The position numbers and the translations under genes were made by a program. The notes under the pieces were generated by a model. That model saw nothing but the letters and a program-made list of their open reading frames with translations, did no database searches and was not told the origin of the DNA. DNA of 64,000 bases from assembly GCA_965219455.1 (NCBI GenBank), contig OZ244744.1:1696001-1760000 (forward strand), written 5' to 3'. Within the stretch, counting starts at the first letter, position 1. Every line of letters starts with the position of its first letter. This document shows positions 28,018 through 37,884 of the stretch, piece by piece. This DNA comes from Candidatus Latescibacterota bacterium (lineage in GTDB: Bacteria; Latescibacterota; UBA2968; GCA-2709665).

Positions 28018-28884
28018 CTATTCCCAGGCCAGATCCTTCAACACGGCTTTCAGATATGCGATGTCCTGCTGCGCGTACCACTCCCGGTCGCCCGGCCTCG
28101 GGGCTTCAATGCAGAGCGGGCCGCTGAATCCGGCGTGCTTCAACGCCAGGAGATACTCCCGGTGGTTGATAATCCCGTCGCTCAACCCCACGGCGTTCCG
28201 TCCGTTTCCCGCGGGCATCGAGTTCTTCAGATGCACCATGAACAGCTTCTCCCCCAGCGTGGAAACGGTCTCTCCGATTGACGGACAGGACGGGAAGTAC
28301 ACCATGTTCCCGTAGTCCAGGTTCGCCCCCACGGACGGTGAGCCGATCATATCCAGGAGTTTCATCGTGGGCGCCGGCAGATCGTGTACATAGCCCATGT
28401 GGATCTCGAACGCCAGCCTGAATCCGATCTCTTCGGCCACCGCGCCGAGTTCCTTAAACCCCTCCCCCGCCCACGAGTAGTGATGTGCCGACGCGGCGCC
28501 GGACCCATGCATATGATGCGCCGACCCCGCATTGGGGTCCGAACTGCGCAGCGTCCCGGCCATTATATTGCAAACGGTGAGCTCCAGTCGCTCGCTCGCG
28601 AGGCGGTAAAACCGGACCCCTTCCGCCACCTGCCCCCTGCGAAGGCCGACATCTTCCTGCATCAGCTCCAACCCGGGGCCCCCGAACAGCACGTGCTTCA
28701 ATCCCGACGCTTCCGCGGCCGCGGCGATCGTATCGAGGTACTGTTCCGGCGTCTCCTCTTCACCCCTGCGGTTCCTGCGGAACTCTATTCCGTCGTACCC
28801 CCAGCCCACTGCTTTACGGCACATCTCCGGGACCGTCTGCCCCTGTTCGCAGTAATTCACGTGCATAATAACCGGTAACGACAT
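28018..28884 (-). CDS. Sugar phosphate isomerase/epimerase (xylose isomerase-like TIM barrel)
   Basis: GYDGIEF, LAFEIH, NLDYGN, VHLKN, LCIE. Confidence 0.85.
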   Translation of the reverse strand: MSLPVIMHVNYCEQGQTVPEMCRKAVGWGYDGIEFRRNRRGEEETPEQYLDTIAAAAEASGLKHVLFGGPGLELMQEDVGLRRGQVAEGVRFYRLASERLELTVCNIMAGTLRSSDPNAGSAHHMHGSGAASAHHYSWAGEGFKELGAVAEEIGFRLAFEIHMGYVHDLPAPTMKLLDMIGSPSVGANLDYGNMVYFPSCPSIGETVSTLGEKLFMVHLKNSMPAGNGRNAVGLSDGIINHREYLLALKHAGFSGPLCIEAPRPGDREWYAQQDIAYLKAVLKDLAWE

Positions 28885-29009
28885 TCATATTCCCTTTCCG
28901 TTGAAGAAACACGCGGTATATCGTTTGCCTCACCCATAGACGGTGGCTAAAATGCCAACGAATGCCCCGAAAGTCAACCGCAACCACCAACCGTTAAGGA
29001 GAACTTTCC

Positions 29010-29174
29010 ATGGCAGGCTGGTTCTATCTTTTTGTCGCCATCGTCCTCGAAGTCATTGGCACGACCTGTATGAAGCTCTCCGACGGATTCGCCCGTCTGT
29101 TGCCCTCGATCGGTGTTGCTGTCTTCTACCTGGCCTCCCTCTCCGGCCCGCATCTCTCGAGTTCGACGCACTGA
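29010..29174 (+). pseudogene. Truncated SMR (EmrE/QacE-like) transporter
   Basis: Manual translation MAGWFYLFVAIVLEVIGTTCMKLSDGFARLLPSIGVAVFYLASLSGPHLSSSTH*; Glu14 and KLSDGF conserved; only 54 aa; SD AAGGAG. Confidence 0.8.
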
Positions 29175-29278
29175 TGCGCGACTGTGCGGACTCACGGGGT
29201 CTGCCCGGCGTTACACGCGGTTGGATCGGCGGATTCCGGTCGGACATCGAAAATTTTCACGAATATCATAAAAAAGAG

Positions 29279-29307
29279 TTGACATTCGAACTGGAAGCAA
29301 TTATCTT
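29279..29307 (+). promoter_or_regulatory. Sigma70 promoter of csp with long 5' UTR
   Basis: TTGACA-N17-TATCTT preceded by A-tract; ~140 nt leader typical of csp genes. Confidence 0.65.
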
Positions 29308-29454
29308 TAGTCATCATGCTGTAAATAGAAGGACGTAGTTTCTGTCTCCTGTGCAGTCGAAAAAAAGCGATGCGGCAAGGATCAGAATTCCCGATCCTTG
29401 CCGTTTTTGATTGTCTGCACATTCAGTTCAAGGTAGAAAGGTGGTGAATGAGCA

Positions 29455-29655
29455 GTGGCTGACGGTCGAGTGAAGTGGTTCAACGACGCCAAGGGCTTTG
29501 GTTTTATCGAGCAGGACGGCGGAGAGGACGTGTTCGTGCATTTTTCGGCGATCCAGGGCGATGGTTTCAAGTCTTTGTCCGAGGGTGATGAGGTCGAATT
29601 CGATATCGTCGAGGGTCCCAAGGGGCTCCAGGCGGCAAATGTGATGAAACGATAG
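29455..29655 (+). CDS. Cold-shock protein (CspA family)
   Basis: [12 protein letters not shown] (RNP1), [10 protein letters not shown] (RNP2), [10 protein letters not shown]. Confidence 0.96.
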   Translation: MADGRVKWFNDAKGFGFIEQDGGEDVFVHFSAIQGDGFKSLSEGDEVEFDIVEGPKGLQAANVMKR

Positions 29656-29680
29656 GATAAACGAAGCTTTTGTACGTGCA

Positions 29681-29713
29681 GACGGACGCCGACGAGTCGG
29701 CGTCCGTTTTTTA
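29681..29713 (+). terminator. Intrinsic terminator after csp
   Basis: ACGGACGCCGA-CGAG-TCGGCGTCCGT-TTTTT. Confidence 0.85.
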
Positions 29714-29809
29714 TTTCGGCAACGTTCACGTCGCGCGCACCCGACAGTTCGCGTTGCGGTCGGAGGTCCGGCAGCGGGTTCCGCTCCGGTTTCGTCCCGG
29801 CGTCAATAT

Positions 29810-31726
29810 CTATTCTATCTTCAGGATGACGTCCAGGATTCCAGGCAGCCAGGTGGCGCGGGCAAGATTGGAAGCGGATCTGAGTTCAAGAAGGGCTCCG
29901 CGCAACGTGTGTCTCGCGTCGCCCATCCGTCCGGCCGATACGAGCGCCGATGCCAGGTCCGTGTAGGTCCACGTGGTGATCCCGGCCCCACCGGACGTGG
30001 TCAGTTCGGCTGCCGCCCTGCCGAGGGTTTTGCCGGCATTGTCGACGTCGCCGGATTGCGCCTGCGCCTGCGCTATCTCCGCAAGCGCCCTGATCCTTTT
30101 ATTGGAATCCTTGATTGAACGGACGGTTGCCGTCGCCGCTTTGAATCGTTTAGCCCCTGCCTGTGCGGTTACGATCTCCCTGTAAACGGCGTCCCGCCTC
30201 GATACGCCGTCAATTATACTTGCATGATGCAGGCTGCGCTGGATCTCGCCTGTCTGCGCCTGGCGCATCGCCACGTGATAGACCAGATCTCGCTTTGCCT
30301 CGGTATCTCCAGGATTGAGCAACGCGGCGATTCCGAGCAACGTTTCGAGCTGGTCCGGCGCGATATGGTAGACCAGGTTCTGCGGCAGGTCGTCATCGTT
30401 GGCCGATCTGAGACGATGGGCAGCGGCGTCTAGGGTCCGCCTGGCGCCGTCAGCATCGCCAGCCGCCGTCTGCGCCGATGCGATATTGAATAACCACTTG
30501 ACCTGCGACGGCGATATCTCCTCGCTGACCGATTGAAAAACCCTGTCCAGGGTCTTCCGGGCGCCATTAGAATCCTCTACCTTCATCTGCGCGACTGCGA
30601 TCTGAATGAACACGTAAGGGTCAACGTCAACGAGCGAAGCAATCGTCGCTCCGGCGCTGCGAACGTCCATCCCGCGCCCCCCGGCCTGGAGAGCCCTGTC
30701 GAGGGTCATCCGGGCGGCCGTTTCCTCCCCCGCTTCCGCCTGCGCCCAGGCGACCTTGCCCAGCGCGATTGCCCGTCGATAGCCGTCGGTGATGGAACCG
30801 GCGTCCTCAACTGCCAGATCGAAGAATGCCCGGGCGTCTCCGCGTTTGCCTTCCTGCGCCAGTGCCGACGCCACGCCCGCCAACGCATCGACCCGACCCT
30901 GGATATCGTCAATGGACCTGGCGGTTGCGCGGCCGGAGGCCGTGTATCCCACCGCCGCCTGGGCCATGGCGACCTTGCTCAGACCTCGCTTGCGAAGATT
31001 ACTTTCTCCAATCGAACGGACAGCCGCGACTGCGATGCGAAAACCTTCCAGGGCGGCCCCCAGATCTCCCCGTTTCGCTGATGCCGACGCCACGCCAACC
31101 AACGCATCGATCCGCCCCTGGACATCTCTTATCGACCTGGCCGTCGCACGGGCAGAGGCGACGTCTCCGGCTTCAGCCTGAGCGGACGCGACATTGCGCA
31201 ACGCGCGGGCACGCGCATATCCACTCTTTACCGACCGTGCCGCCGCAGCCGCCTGATCGAAGTTTACCCTTGCATCCCCAGGATTGCCATCCACGGCCTG
31301 CACCGCCGCGCCCGCGGCAAACGCGCCGGCGCGAATTTCGAATTCCCAATCGGACCCCGCGTCGAACGACGTTGCGGCCTGAAGCGTCAGCCGGGAGACA
31401 CAGACGGAACTTGCCGAGGTCCAGCATTTCGCGGTTGCCTCTTCAATGGCGTTCCCAACTCGCGCCAGCGAGACCGCGCCGATTCCCTTGCCCGTTGCCA
31501 GCCTCACCGCCGCTTCGCTGGCGGGATGCGCCTCCGTAATAAACAGGAGTTTGCGCCGCGCCTCCTCAAGCAGAGCGATCGCTCGCTCCGGCGTCCGTGC
31601 GCGTTTCGCCCCCACGATATGCCGGCTCACGTCCTTCAGTAAACCGTTGACGCCGGGCTCTCGCGCTCGAGCCCATGGCGCGGCGGCAGCCAATGTGGCG
31701 GCGATGACCCAGACCGTCATCTTCAT
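29810..31726 (-). CDS. Secreted TPR-like helical-repeat protein
   Basis: Signal peptide MKMTVWVIAATLAAAAPWARA; repeated A..IA.AQA.AGD...A..T helices; SD GGAGGA. Confidence 0.75.
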   Translation of the reverse strand: MKMTVWVIAATLAAAAPWARAREPGVNGLLKDVSRHIVGAKRARTPERAIALLEEARRKLLFITEAHPASEAAVRLATGKGIGAVSLARVGNAIEEATAKCWTSASSVCVSRLTLQAATSFDAGSDWEFEIRAGAFAAGAAVQAVDGNPGDARVNFDQAAAAARSVKSGYARARALRNVASAQAEAGDVASARATARSIRDVQGRIDALVGVASASAKRGDLGAALEGFRIAVAAVRSIGESNLRKRGLSKVAMAQAAVGYTASGRATARSIDDIQGRVDALAGVASALAQEGKRGDARAFFDLAVEDAGSITDGYRRAIALGKVAWAQAEAGEETAARMTLDRALQAGGRGMDVRSAGATIASLVDVDPYVFIQIAVAQMKVEDSNGARKTLDRVFQSVSEEISPSQVKWLFNIASAQTAAGDADGARRTLDAAAHRLRSANDDDLPQNLVYHIAPDQLETLLGIAALLNPGDTEAKRDLVYHVAMRQAQTGEIQRSLHHASIIDGVSRRDAVYREIVTAQAGAKRFKAATATVRSIKDSNKRIRALAEIAQAQAQSGDVDNAGKTLGRAAAELTTSGGAGITTWTYTDLASALVSAGRMGDARHTLRGALLELRSASNLARATWLPGILDVILKIE

Positions 31727-31844
31727 CGTGGATCCTCCGGTGCCCTGAGACAAATGCCGCGCGTGGAGAGCATCGACAAAGCGGACTTCTGCCCGCTGTT
31801 GCTACCAGGGACGCTCGTCGCAATCCGGCAGCCTGCCCGTTGTC

Positions 31845-33032
31845 CTAATATCGAAAGGGCGACAACTGCGCCTCGGTGACTTCCACGCCGAATCCCGGTC
31901 CGTCGACCGGCTTCATCCTTCCACCCCTGGGTACGGAAACGCCGGGGGGCCGCGCGGCTTCTTCCGGGTCAACGCCGGGTGGGCTGGCCACGAAGCACTC
32001 GGTCCACGGAATTGCCGGCATTGCATAACAGACGTGCTGCCCGTAAGGCGTATTGCCGCCACCGTGGGGAATGACCGAGATGCCGGCCGCTTCGGCGATG
32101 GCGCAGATTTTAACCACCGCGGTCAACCCGCCGACCCAGTTGACGTCCGGCTGAAAAATGTCCAGGAGGTGACGGCTGGCCGCGTGCTGGAAGGGCACGG
32201 TTGTGTACCAGTGTTCGCCCGTGGCCAGGGTGGCCCAGGGAAGCCGGCGCCGTAATTCGATGTGCGCGTCCATGTCCTCCGAGCGAAGCATTTCCTCCAT
32301 CCACTTGAGTCTGCTGGGCCGCAGTTCCTCCGCCAGGCGCACGGCGTACTCCACGTCGAACGCCATCCAGCAGTCCAGCATGAGTTCCACGTTCTCGCCC
32401 GTCAGGTCTCGTGTTCCGGCCACAAGCTCCACGTTCTTTTTCAGACCTTCCAGGCCGTCCGCCGGACCGTAAGGGCACGGCAGCTTGATGGCCTCGAACC
32501 CGAGTTCCAGGTACCAGTCGGCGTCACCACCCGTGGCATAGCAGAACATCTCGTCGCGGGCCGGTCCGCCCAGCAGTTCGTATACCGGCCGGTCCAGCAG
32601 CTTGCCCTTCAGATCCCACAGCGCCAGGTCGATGGCGCTCACAGCGTAGGCATGCAGGCCGGTGGCGCCGTAAGAGGCCCCCATCCGCACCATCATGTCA
32701 TAGCACTTTTCAATTGCCAGGCAACTCTCGCCAACCAGCCGCGGCCCGAGAAAATCGTCGATAACGGCCGCCACGGGGCGCCCGTGGCTGGCTGTGGCGA
32801 AACCCAGGGTACCGTCTTCCGCTTCGACAACACAGCCGAAACCGCCCCAATTCGGCATCCAGGACGGACGAAACGCTGCGTAACGCGGATAGCGTGTCAT
32901 CGGGTTGGCAACAGGGCCCTGCGCGACCCACGACGGGCGACGCGCCGTCTTGTATTCCAGGGCGCCGGACTTCGCGGATCCATACGTTTCGGGAAAGTCT
33001 ACCTGAACGGCGCGGATGGACTTGATTTTCAT
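31845..33032 (-). CDS. Enolase-superfamily dehydratase, L-rhamnonate dehydratase-like
   Basis: VANPMTRYP, AVSAIDLALWDLKGK, YATG, IKLPCPYGP, MLDCWM, WMEE, TGEHWYT, QPDVNWVGG, IPHG. Confidence 0.85.
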   Translation of the reverse strand: MKIKSIRAVQVDFPETYGSAKSGALEYKTARRPSWVAQGPVANPMTRYPRYAAFRPSWMPNWGGFGCVVEAEDGTLGFATASHGRPVAAVIDDFLGPRLVGESCLAIEKCYDMMVRMGASYGATGLHAYAVSAIDLALWDLKGKLLDRPVYELLGGPARDEMFCYATGGDADWYLELGFEAIKLPCPYGPADGLEGLKKNVELVAGTRDLTGENVELMLDCWMAFDVEYAVRLAEELRPSRLKWMEEMLRSEDMDAHIELRRRLPWATLATGEHWYTTVPFQHAASRHLLDIFQPDVNWVGGLTAVVKICAIAEAAGISVIPHGGGNTPYGQHVCYAMPAIPWTECFVASPPGVDPEEAARPPGVSVPRGGRMKPVDGPGFGVEVTEAQLSPFRY

Positions 33033-33108
33033 GTTGAATATCCTCCTGTCTGCGGTATCGATCCGGAAACCTGGGCGGCGTGGCGGCGGCCACGCTGGCG
33101 CCTCCGTA

Positions 33109-34050
33109 TCACCGCGGCCAATCCGGTGGAAGCTCCAGGGTCCAGACCTCGCTGTTCAAGGGCTCGGCATGCCCCCCAGCGAGCCAGATTCTGTCCTTGA
33201 AGACGTATGCCGAATGCTCGTGGCGCTTTGTCCAGATCACGTTGGATTTGAGTTCCGTCCAGTTCGCCCCGTCCTTCGAGTACCAGACGTCCCCGAAGTT
33301 CCCGTCCCGGCGCGACCATCCACCCAGAACCCACATATGGCCTCGATAGACGACCAGGGAAAACCACATGCGCTTCTTCCACGGCGCTTCGGCCGTTACC
33401 TGCGTCCAGTTCGCGCCGTCATCCGAACACCATACGTCGTTGAGCGGAATGGTCTCGGGTTGCCACGCGCCGCCACCCATGATCCAGATCTTGTTCCTGA
33501 AGACCACGGCCTGCGCGTGCGTTCGCTTCGGCCAGGCGGCATTTTCCACTTCGCATCTCCAATTCCGGCCGTCGGCGGTTGACCAAACGTCATTTTTCAG
33601 CGTCGTGTCATCGTCCTGGTAAAAATTCTCGGTTCCTCCCATGACCCACATGCGGTCTTTGAACACGACAAACGAAGGCGATACCCGCGGGCACCAGCCC
33701 GGATTATCGGTTTCAAGGACCCACTCAGCGCCGTCCGGCGAAGACCATACCGTGTTCGTATTCTCCGCGCCGGGCAATTTCCGCCCTCCCATCAGCCACA
33801 TCCTGCCCTTGAACGGCATGGTCGCAGGCAGGTCGCCGTGTACCCATGGCGCGACCTCCACCGTACGCGTCCAATGCTTCCCGTCGGACGACTTCCAGAC
33901 GTCCCTTGGATTGGGTGTCTGGGGGGTGAACCAGCCTCCAAGAATCCACATATGGCCTTCCCACACCATCTCACCCTGCGAATCCCGCGCCTGCCATGCC
34001 GCCTGCTCCGTGACGCATACCCAGTCCGGACCCTTCGCCTCTCGACTCAT
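33109..34050 (-). CDS. Kelch-like beta-propeller repeat protein
   Basis: About six repeats of W..R......VF...MW..GG.....NDVW.S.DG..W. Confidence 0.8.
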   Translation of the reverse strand: MSREAKGPDWVCVTEQAAWQARDSQGEMVWEGHMWILGGWFTPQTPNPRDVWKSSDGKHWTRTVEVAPWVHGDLPATMPFKGRMWLMGGRKLPGAENTNTVWSSPDGAEWVLETDNPGWCPRVSPSFVVFKDRMWVMGGTENFYQDDDTTLKNDVWSTADGRNWRCEVENAAWPKRTHAQAVVFRNKIWIMGGGAWQPETIPLNDVWCSDDGANWTQVTAEAPWKKRMWFSLVVYRGHMWVLGGWSRRDGNFGDVWYSKDGANWTELKSNVIWTKRHEHSAYVFKDRIWLAGGHAEPLNSEVWTLELPPDWPR

Positions 34051-34247
34051 TACAATTTCCCCCTTGTAGAGATTCATCGCGTCGGCAAACACCAGGGTAT
34101 CGGCAAACCCGGTGTGCCCGGCGACGCAACGCTCAGGTGACGTTCTTCGCCCGCGTCTCGCGCCCGTCCGTTCTGGCACGGTATCGTTGCGTCTTCGCCA
34201 GTGCGACGGATAGCCGCGTTGCTCCTTCTCGTCTCTCCGTCGATCCC

Positions 34248-35288
34248 CTACCTCAGTTGCCAGCCTGAACGATCGACCGCCAGCTTATTGGGCCCCTTGT
34301 AGCGATCGTATACCCCGCGCATGTCCTCGATGCTATCGAAGAAGCCGACGACGTGGGCCGCGCTGAACGTATCGCCGGCCTTCACGGGCATGCCATGCAT
34401 TTCCAGGATCATCACGATGATATCGCCAGGCCGCTGGCTGCACCAGGCCTCGTAGACCACAGAGGGATCCAGCGTAAGGCCGCCCAGCCAGGGCCCATCG
34501 TCGCCCGTTTCAGGATCCCGCAGGCGGTACGCGCGGATGAAATGCTCTGGTGTTCTGTTCAGATCGCGGCGATACCCGAACTTCCGGTCCGGCGGGAATG
34601 GATCGAAGAATTCACTGGACGGGATGCGCAGGCCGTTGGGGCCGCTCAGATAACTGAGATAGATCTCGCTGAACGTATCACCCCGCGTGTGTCGGACGCA
34701 GCCGGGCGTGTCGTTCCTGAGGAACATCCCGGGTGAATCGTTCACACTCTCGATCCGGTCCATCAACACGAAAAACCGTTCGCCTCTGGGAAACACGATC
34801 AACTGTGTCCAATGCGACCCCGCGTTCCGGCCCGGCGCCGCATACTCGAAACGATACCGGGTCCTCACGGCGATGAAGTCCGTCCCGTGGATCACATCCG
34901 GCTGAACGGGCTTCATTCTGTGGCAGAGTTGCGGTCCCTCGACCATGCGTTTGCGATGGCTGCTCCCATGGGCCATGATGGCGCATGAACGCGTTTCCGG
35001 TTCCGTCTCATTCTCATACCATCGGTATTTGCCCACGCCGTGCCCGTCATCGGCAGACACGCCGGCGCCGTAGGATTCATCGCTTCCGGCTTCCATCAGC
35101 CAGTCGACCACCATCAGACCGTCGCCCGCCTCCCGAAAGCCGGTCTTCCTGTCGACAAATGACCCTTTTTCAATCCCGGTCATCCATTGCTTCGGTTCCT
35201 TCTTCGGAATAACGGCTTCGAGTTCGGCGGTTTCGACTGTTATCCTGCGGTCATCCTCGATCACATTTACCCACGCTGCATTTTTCAT
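34248..35288 (-). CDS. Hypothetical protein
   Basis: 346-aa ORF with host-like codon usage, co-oriented with neighbours; no recognised motif. Confidence 0.7.
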   Translation of the reverse strand: MKNAAWVNVIEDDRRITVETAELEAVIPKKEPKQWMTGIEKGSFVDRKTGFREAGDGLMVVDWLMEAGSDESYGAGVSADDGHGVGKYRWYENETEPETRSCAIMAHGSSHRKRMVEGPQLCHRMKPVQPDVIHGTDFIAVRTRYRFEYAAPGRNAGSHWTQLIVFPRGERFFVLMDRIESVNDSPGMFLRNDTPGCVRHTRGDTFSEIYLSYLSGPNGLRIPSSEFFDPFPPDRKFGYRRDLNRTPEHFIRAYRLRDPETGDDGPWLGGLTLDPSVVYEAWCSQRPGDIIVMILEMHGMPVKAGDTFSAAHVVGFFDSIEDMRGVYDRYKGPNKLAVDRSGWQLR

Positions 35289-35411
35289 GGATCCATTCCC
35301 ATTCGTTTGACTTCAATTTGCCAATCGACGAAAGGCTGTTTAGAGGAGAAAACCAACCCATGGAACTGCGTTCCAGGCGGACACAAACCCTACCGCGTCG
35401 TGTTGGAGTCT

Positions 35412-35557
35412 GTAGGGGCAATCCTTGTGGTTGCCCAAATAGTGGCGCGCAAATCGCCAATTGACGACGCGGGTCCATATCGCCAACCGGTTTTGGCTGA
35501 ATGCTGACGGCTGATAGCTGACCGCTGTTTTTCCTGATTGCTGATGGCTGGCGGCTG
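35412..35557. repeat. GTAG-type REP plus GCTGANN heptamer run
   Basis: GTAGGGGCAATCCTTGTGGTTGCCC at 35412-35436; GCTGACG GCTGATA GCTGACC...GCTGATG GCTGGCG at 35503-35557. Confidence 0.7.
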
Positions 35558-35596
35558 TGCCGCGGGGTGGCCTTCTTACGTCTCCCCTCTAACTTC

Positions 35597-37789
35597 TCAT
35601 GTTTTCAGGTGTTTACGCAAAAACGCAAAGGTGCCCACGCCGTTGATCGTATGGGGGCCGTTGAAGTACTCGATTTCGGTGCGGTCTTCCAGGCCCTGCA
35701 GTGCGTAGTGCCGATATGTTTTGGCGTATTCGTAGGCCACCCATTCGTCAGGGGCGACGCCGTCGTGGTGCCCGCGTTCGACCATGAAGGGACGGGGGCA
35801 GATCATCCAGGACATTTCCGCGTAGTTGAACGTATTGCCGAGGTTGAATTCGGGCATCTCATATTCACGGCTGAAAAGATAGCTGTACCTGTGCCGGGCC
35901 GAAGCGTTCTTCCAGATCCACTCGTTGAAGTCCGCCGAGCAGATGGAGAGACTGTATTGCTCAAGCAGGGCGGGAACCCGCATGGCCGTTTTGCCGCCGT
36001 AGCTGATACCATAAAAGCCGATGCGTTCCGCATCCACAAACGGCAGCGATGACAACCAGGCCAGCGTCTGCTCGTGCTGCCGGACAATGAAGGAAAAAAG
36101 CGAGAGTTTGAGCGGGTTGGCCTTGCGCTGAAGCACCCGATAGACATCTTGTCCGATGTAGGGATTCTGAGGAGCGTATGTGACAAAACCCTCTTTAGCA
36201 AGATCATATGCGAATTTTCTATAGGGATGTCGCGGGCCGTTCGGATCTACAATGGATTGGGGCCTGCCTTCCAACCCGTGCTGGCAGACCACGACGGGAC
36301 GTTTCTCGTCTTTTCGAATACATTTGGGAATCAGCAGGATACCGTAGGCAAAAACGTCGGGGTAGACGTCGAGCATTACCTCGTATGCAGTGGCCACGGG
36401 ATCGTCGTAAAACAGCCGGGTACGCGGGTTGGGAGGCAGCGAAACGGGTGGAAGTGGGCCGATAACGTCGTCCCAGAGCCGCCGGCGGTATTCCTTGAGC
36501 ATATCCGCATCGATGCTTGTATCGGATCCACCGGCTTCGACCCAGTATTCCGCCCGCCGGAATTCGGCGTCCCTCAGGGCGAACTGCGTGTGATCCAGGA
36601 GTTGATTGAACTGACGCCTGGAGCGGGCTTCCGGGGAGGCGCCGTCTCGAACACGGGAGGGCAAGCCCGTCGACGCGGGCGCAGATACGGACCCGCCGAG
36701 CCCATTCAGAAATGCTTCCAGCGTCGCGTCGGCGCCAGGTTTTCCGTCAGGGCTCCTGGTAAGTACCAACGAGCCGGCGTCTCCGCCGGCCAACTCGCAG
36801 GCGCGGTCGAACTCCGACCGGACGGTTTCTTCATCCGGCGTCGTCAGCCGACCCGGCGCGGCGGTTTGTCTTCGACCCTGGGCTTCCGGTGGTCCAGCGA
36901 TTTCGGGATGGTCCGCAATTTCCACAACGAGCGCGCGCGGGGCTATAAGAGATGCGATTTCAGCGTCGCCGAATGCACGGAGCAGGCCGAACAGATTTCG
37001 ATAGATGGGTTGGCGCCAGAGGTCTTCACGGGGTTGAAAATATCCGGAGACCGAAACCGCGCCGATGCGCGCGTCCAGTGCCGCGGCATAAAACGCGAGC
37101 AGCCCCCCCTCCCCGTGCCCGAACAGGCCGACCGGAAGCTCGTCGGAAACCAGTGCGTCGACTGCGGCGAGGATCTTCTGGATTTCGTATCCGATGATGT
37201 GACGGCCCAATTCGTACGCCGCACGGTAGATGAACTCCCGGTGCGGCTGGTTGGTCATACCGATATCCGTATGGCCCGAGTCGTCGCACCGACGATCCAT
37301 GAGGAGAGGAACAAGGACACGGCATCCGTTTTCGGCCAGGCGCCGGGCAACCTGGGCGGGTGCCGGTACGCCGGGTTGCAATCCGGCAATTTGCTCAGGC
37401 GTGAAATCGCAGTCTGGAAGGGCAATGACGTTGGCAACCGGCGGCCCGTCGGGCTGCAGCAGGAGGCCCTCGCCGTCGACACCCTTGAGCGCGGGCCAGA
37501 TGACTTCGAAGATCCGGTAGCCCTGACCCGAGGCCACTTCGGCCGGACCGTCCATAGGTGAAACGACCCGAATGGTTCCGCTTTCGCGGGAATCGATAAG
37601 GCCCAGCATCTCCGAGAGGCGCTGCCGGAGTGCTTCGTCCGACGCCGTATCTCGTTGAGAATCGCGGTCCTTGCGCGCGGATCGAGTCTCACGCATGAGG
37701 AATCGGTCCATACCCGCGACCATGGCGGCGGCCACGTCGCCCTCAATGTCGAGCCGTTTTGTTCCGGGCAATACGCTTTGGGATGTCAT
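35597..37789 (-). CDS. Tandem alpha/beta-hydrolase (dienelactone hydrolase-like) protein
   Basis: Two nucleophile-elbow-like motifs, GHGEGG and GISYGG; VVCQHGLEG; ERGHHDGV; GPH. Confidence 0.75.
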   Translation of the reverse strand: MTSQSVLPGTKRLDIEGDVAAAMVAGMDRFLMRETRSARKDRDSQRDTASDEALRQRLSEMLGLIDSRESGTIRVVSPMDGPAEVASGQGYRIFEVIWPALKGVDGEGLLLQPDGPPVANVIALPDCDFTPEQIAGLQPGVPAPAQVARRLAENGCRVLVPLLMDRRCDDSGHTDIGMTNQPHREFIYRAAYELGRHIIGYEIQKILAAVDALVSDELPVGLFGHGEGGLLAFYAAALDARIGAVSVSGYFQPREDLWRQPIYRNLFGLLRAFGDAEIASLIAPRALVVEIADHPEIAGPPEAQGRRQTAAPGRLTTPDEETVRSEFDRACELAGGDAGSLVLTRSPDGKPGADATLEAFLNGLGGSVSAPASTGLPSRVRDGASPEARSRRQFNQLLDHTQFALRDAEFRRAEYWVEAGGSDTSIDADMLKEYRRRLWDDVIGPLPPVSLPPNPRTRLFYDDPVATAYEVMLDVYPDVFAYGILLIPKCIRKDEKRPVVVCQHGLEGRPQSIVDPNGPRHPYRKFAYDLAKEGFVTYAPQNPYIGQDVYRVLQRKANPLKLSLFSFIVRQHEQTLAWLSSLPFVDAERIGFYGISYGGKTAMRVPALLEQYSLSICSADFNEWIWKNASARHRYSYLFSREYEMPEFNLGNTFNYAEMSWMICPRPFMVERGHHDGVAPDEWVAYEYAKTYRHYALQGLEDRTEIEYFNGPHTINGVGTFAFLRKHLKT

Positions 37790-37884
37790 ATTTGGCCTCC
37801 CGGAATTTTAAGATCCCGGTTCGCAATCCGGATGCTTCCACAAGCTAACCCATGCCGTCCGCAATATCAACAGGCATCGACCGT

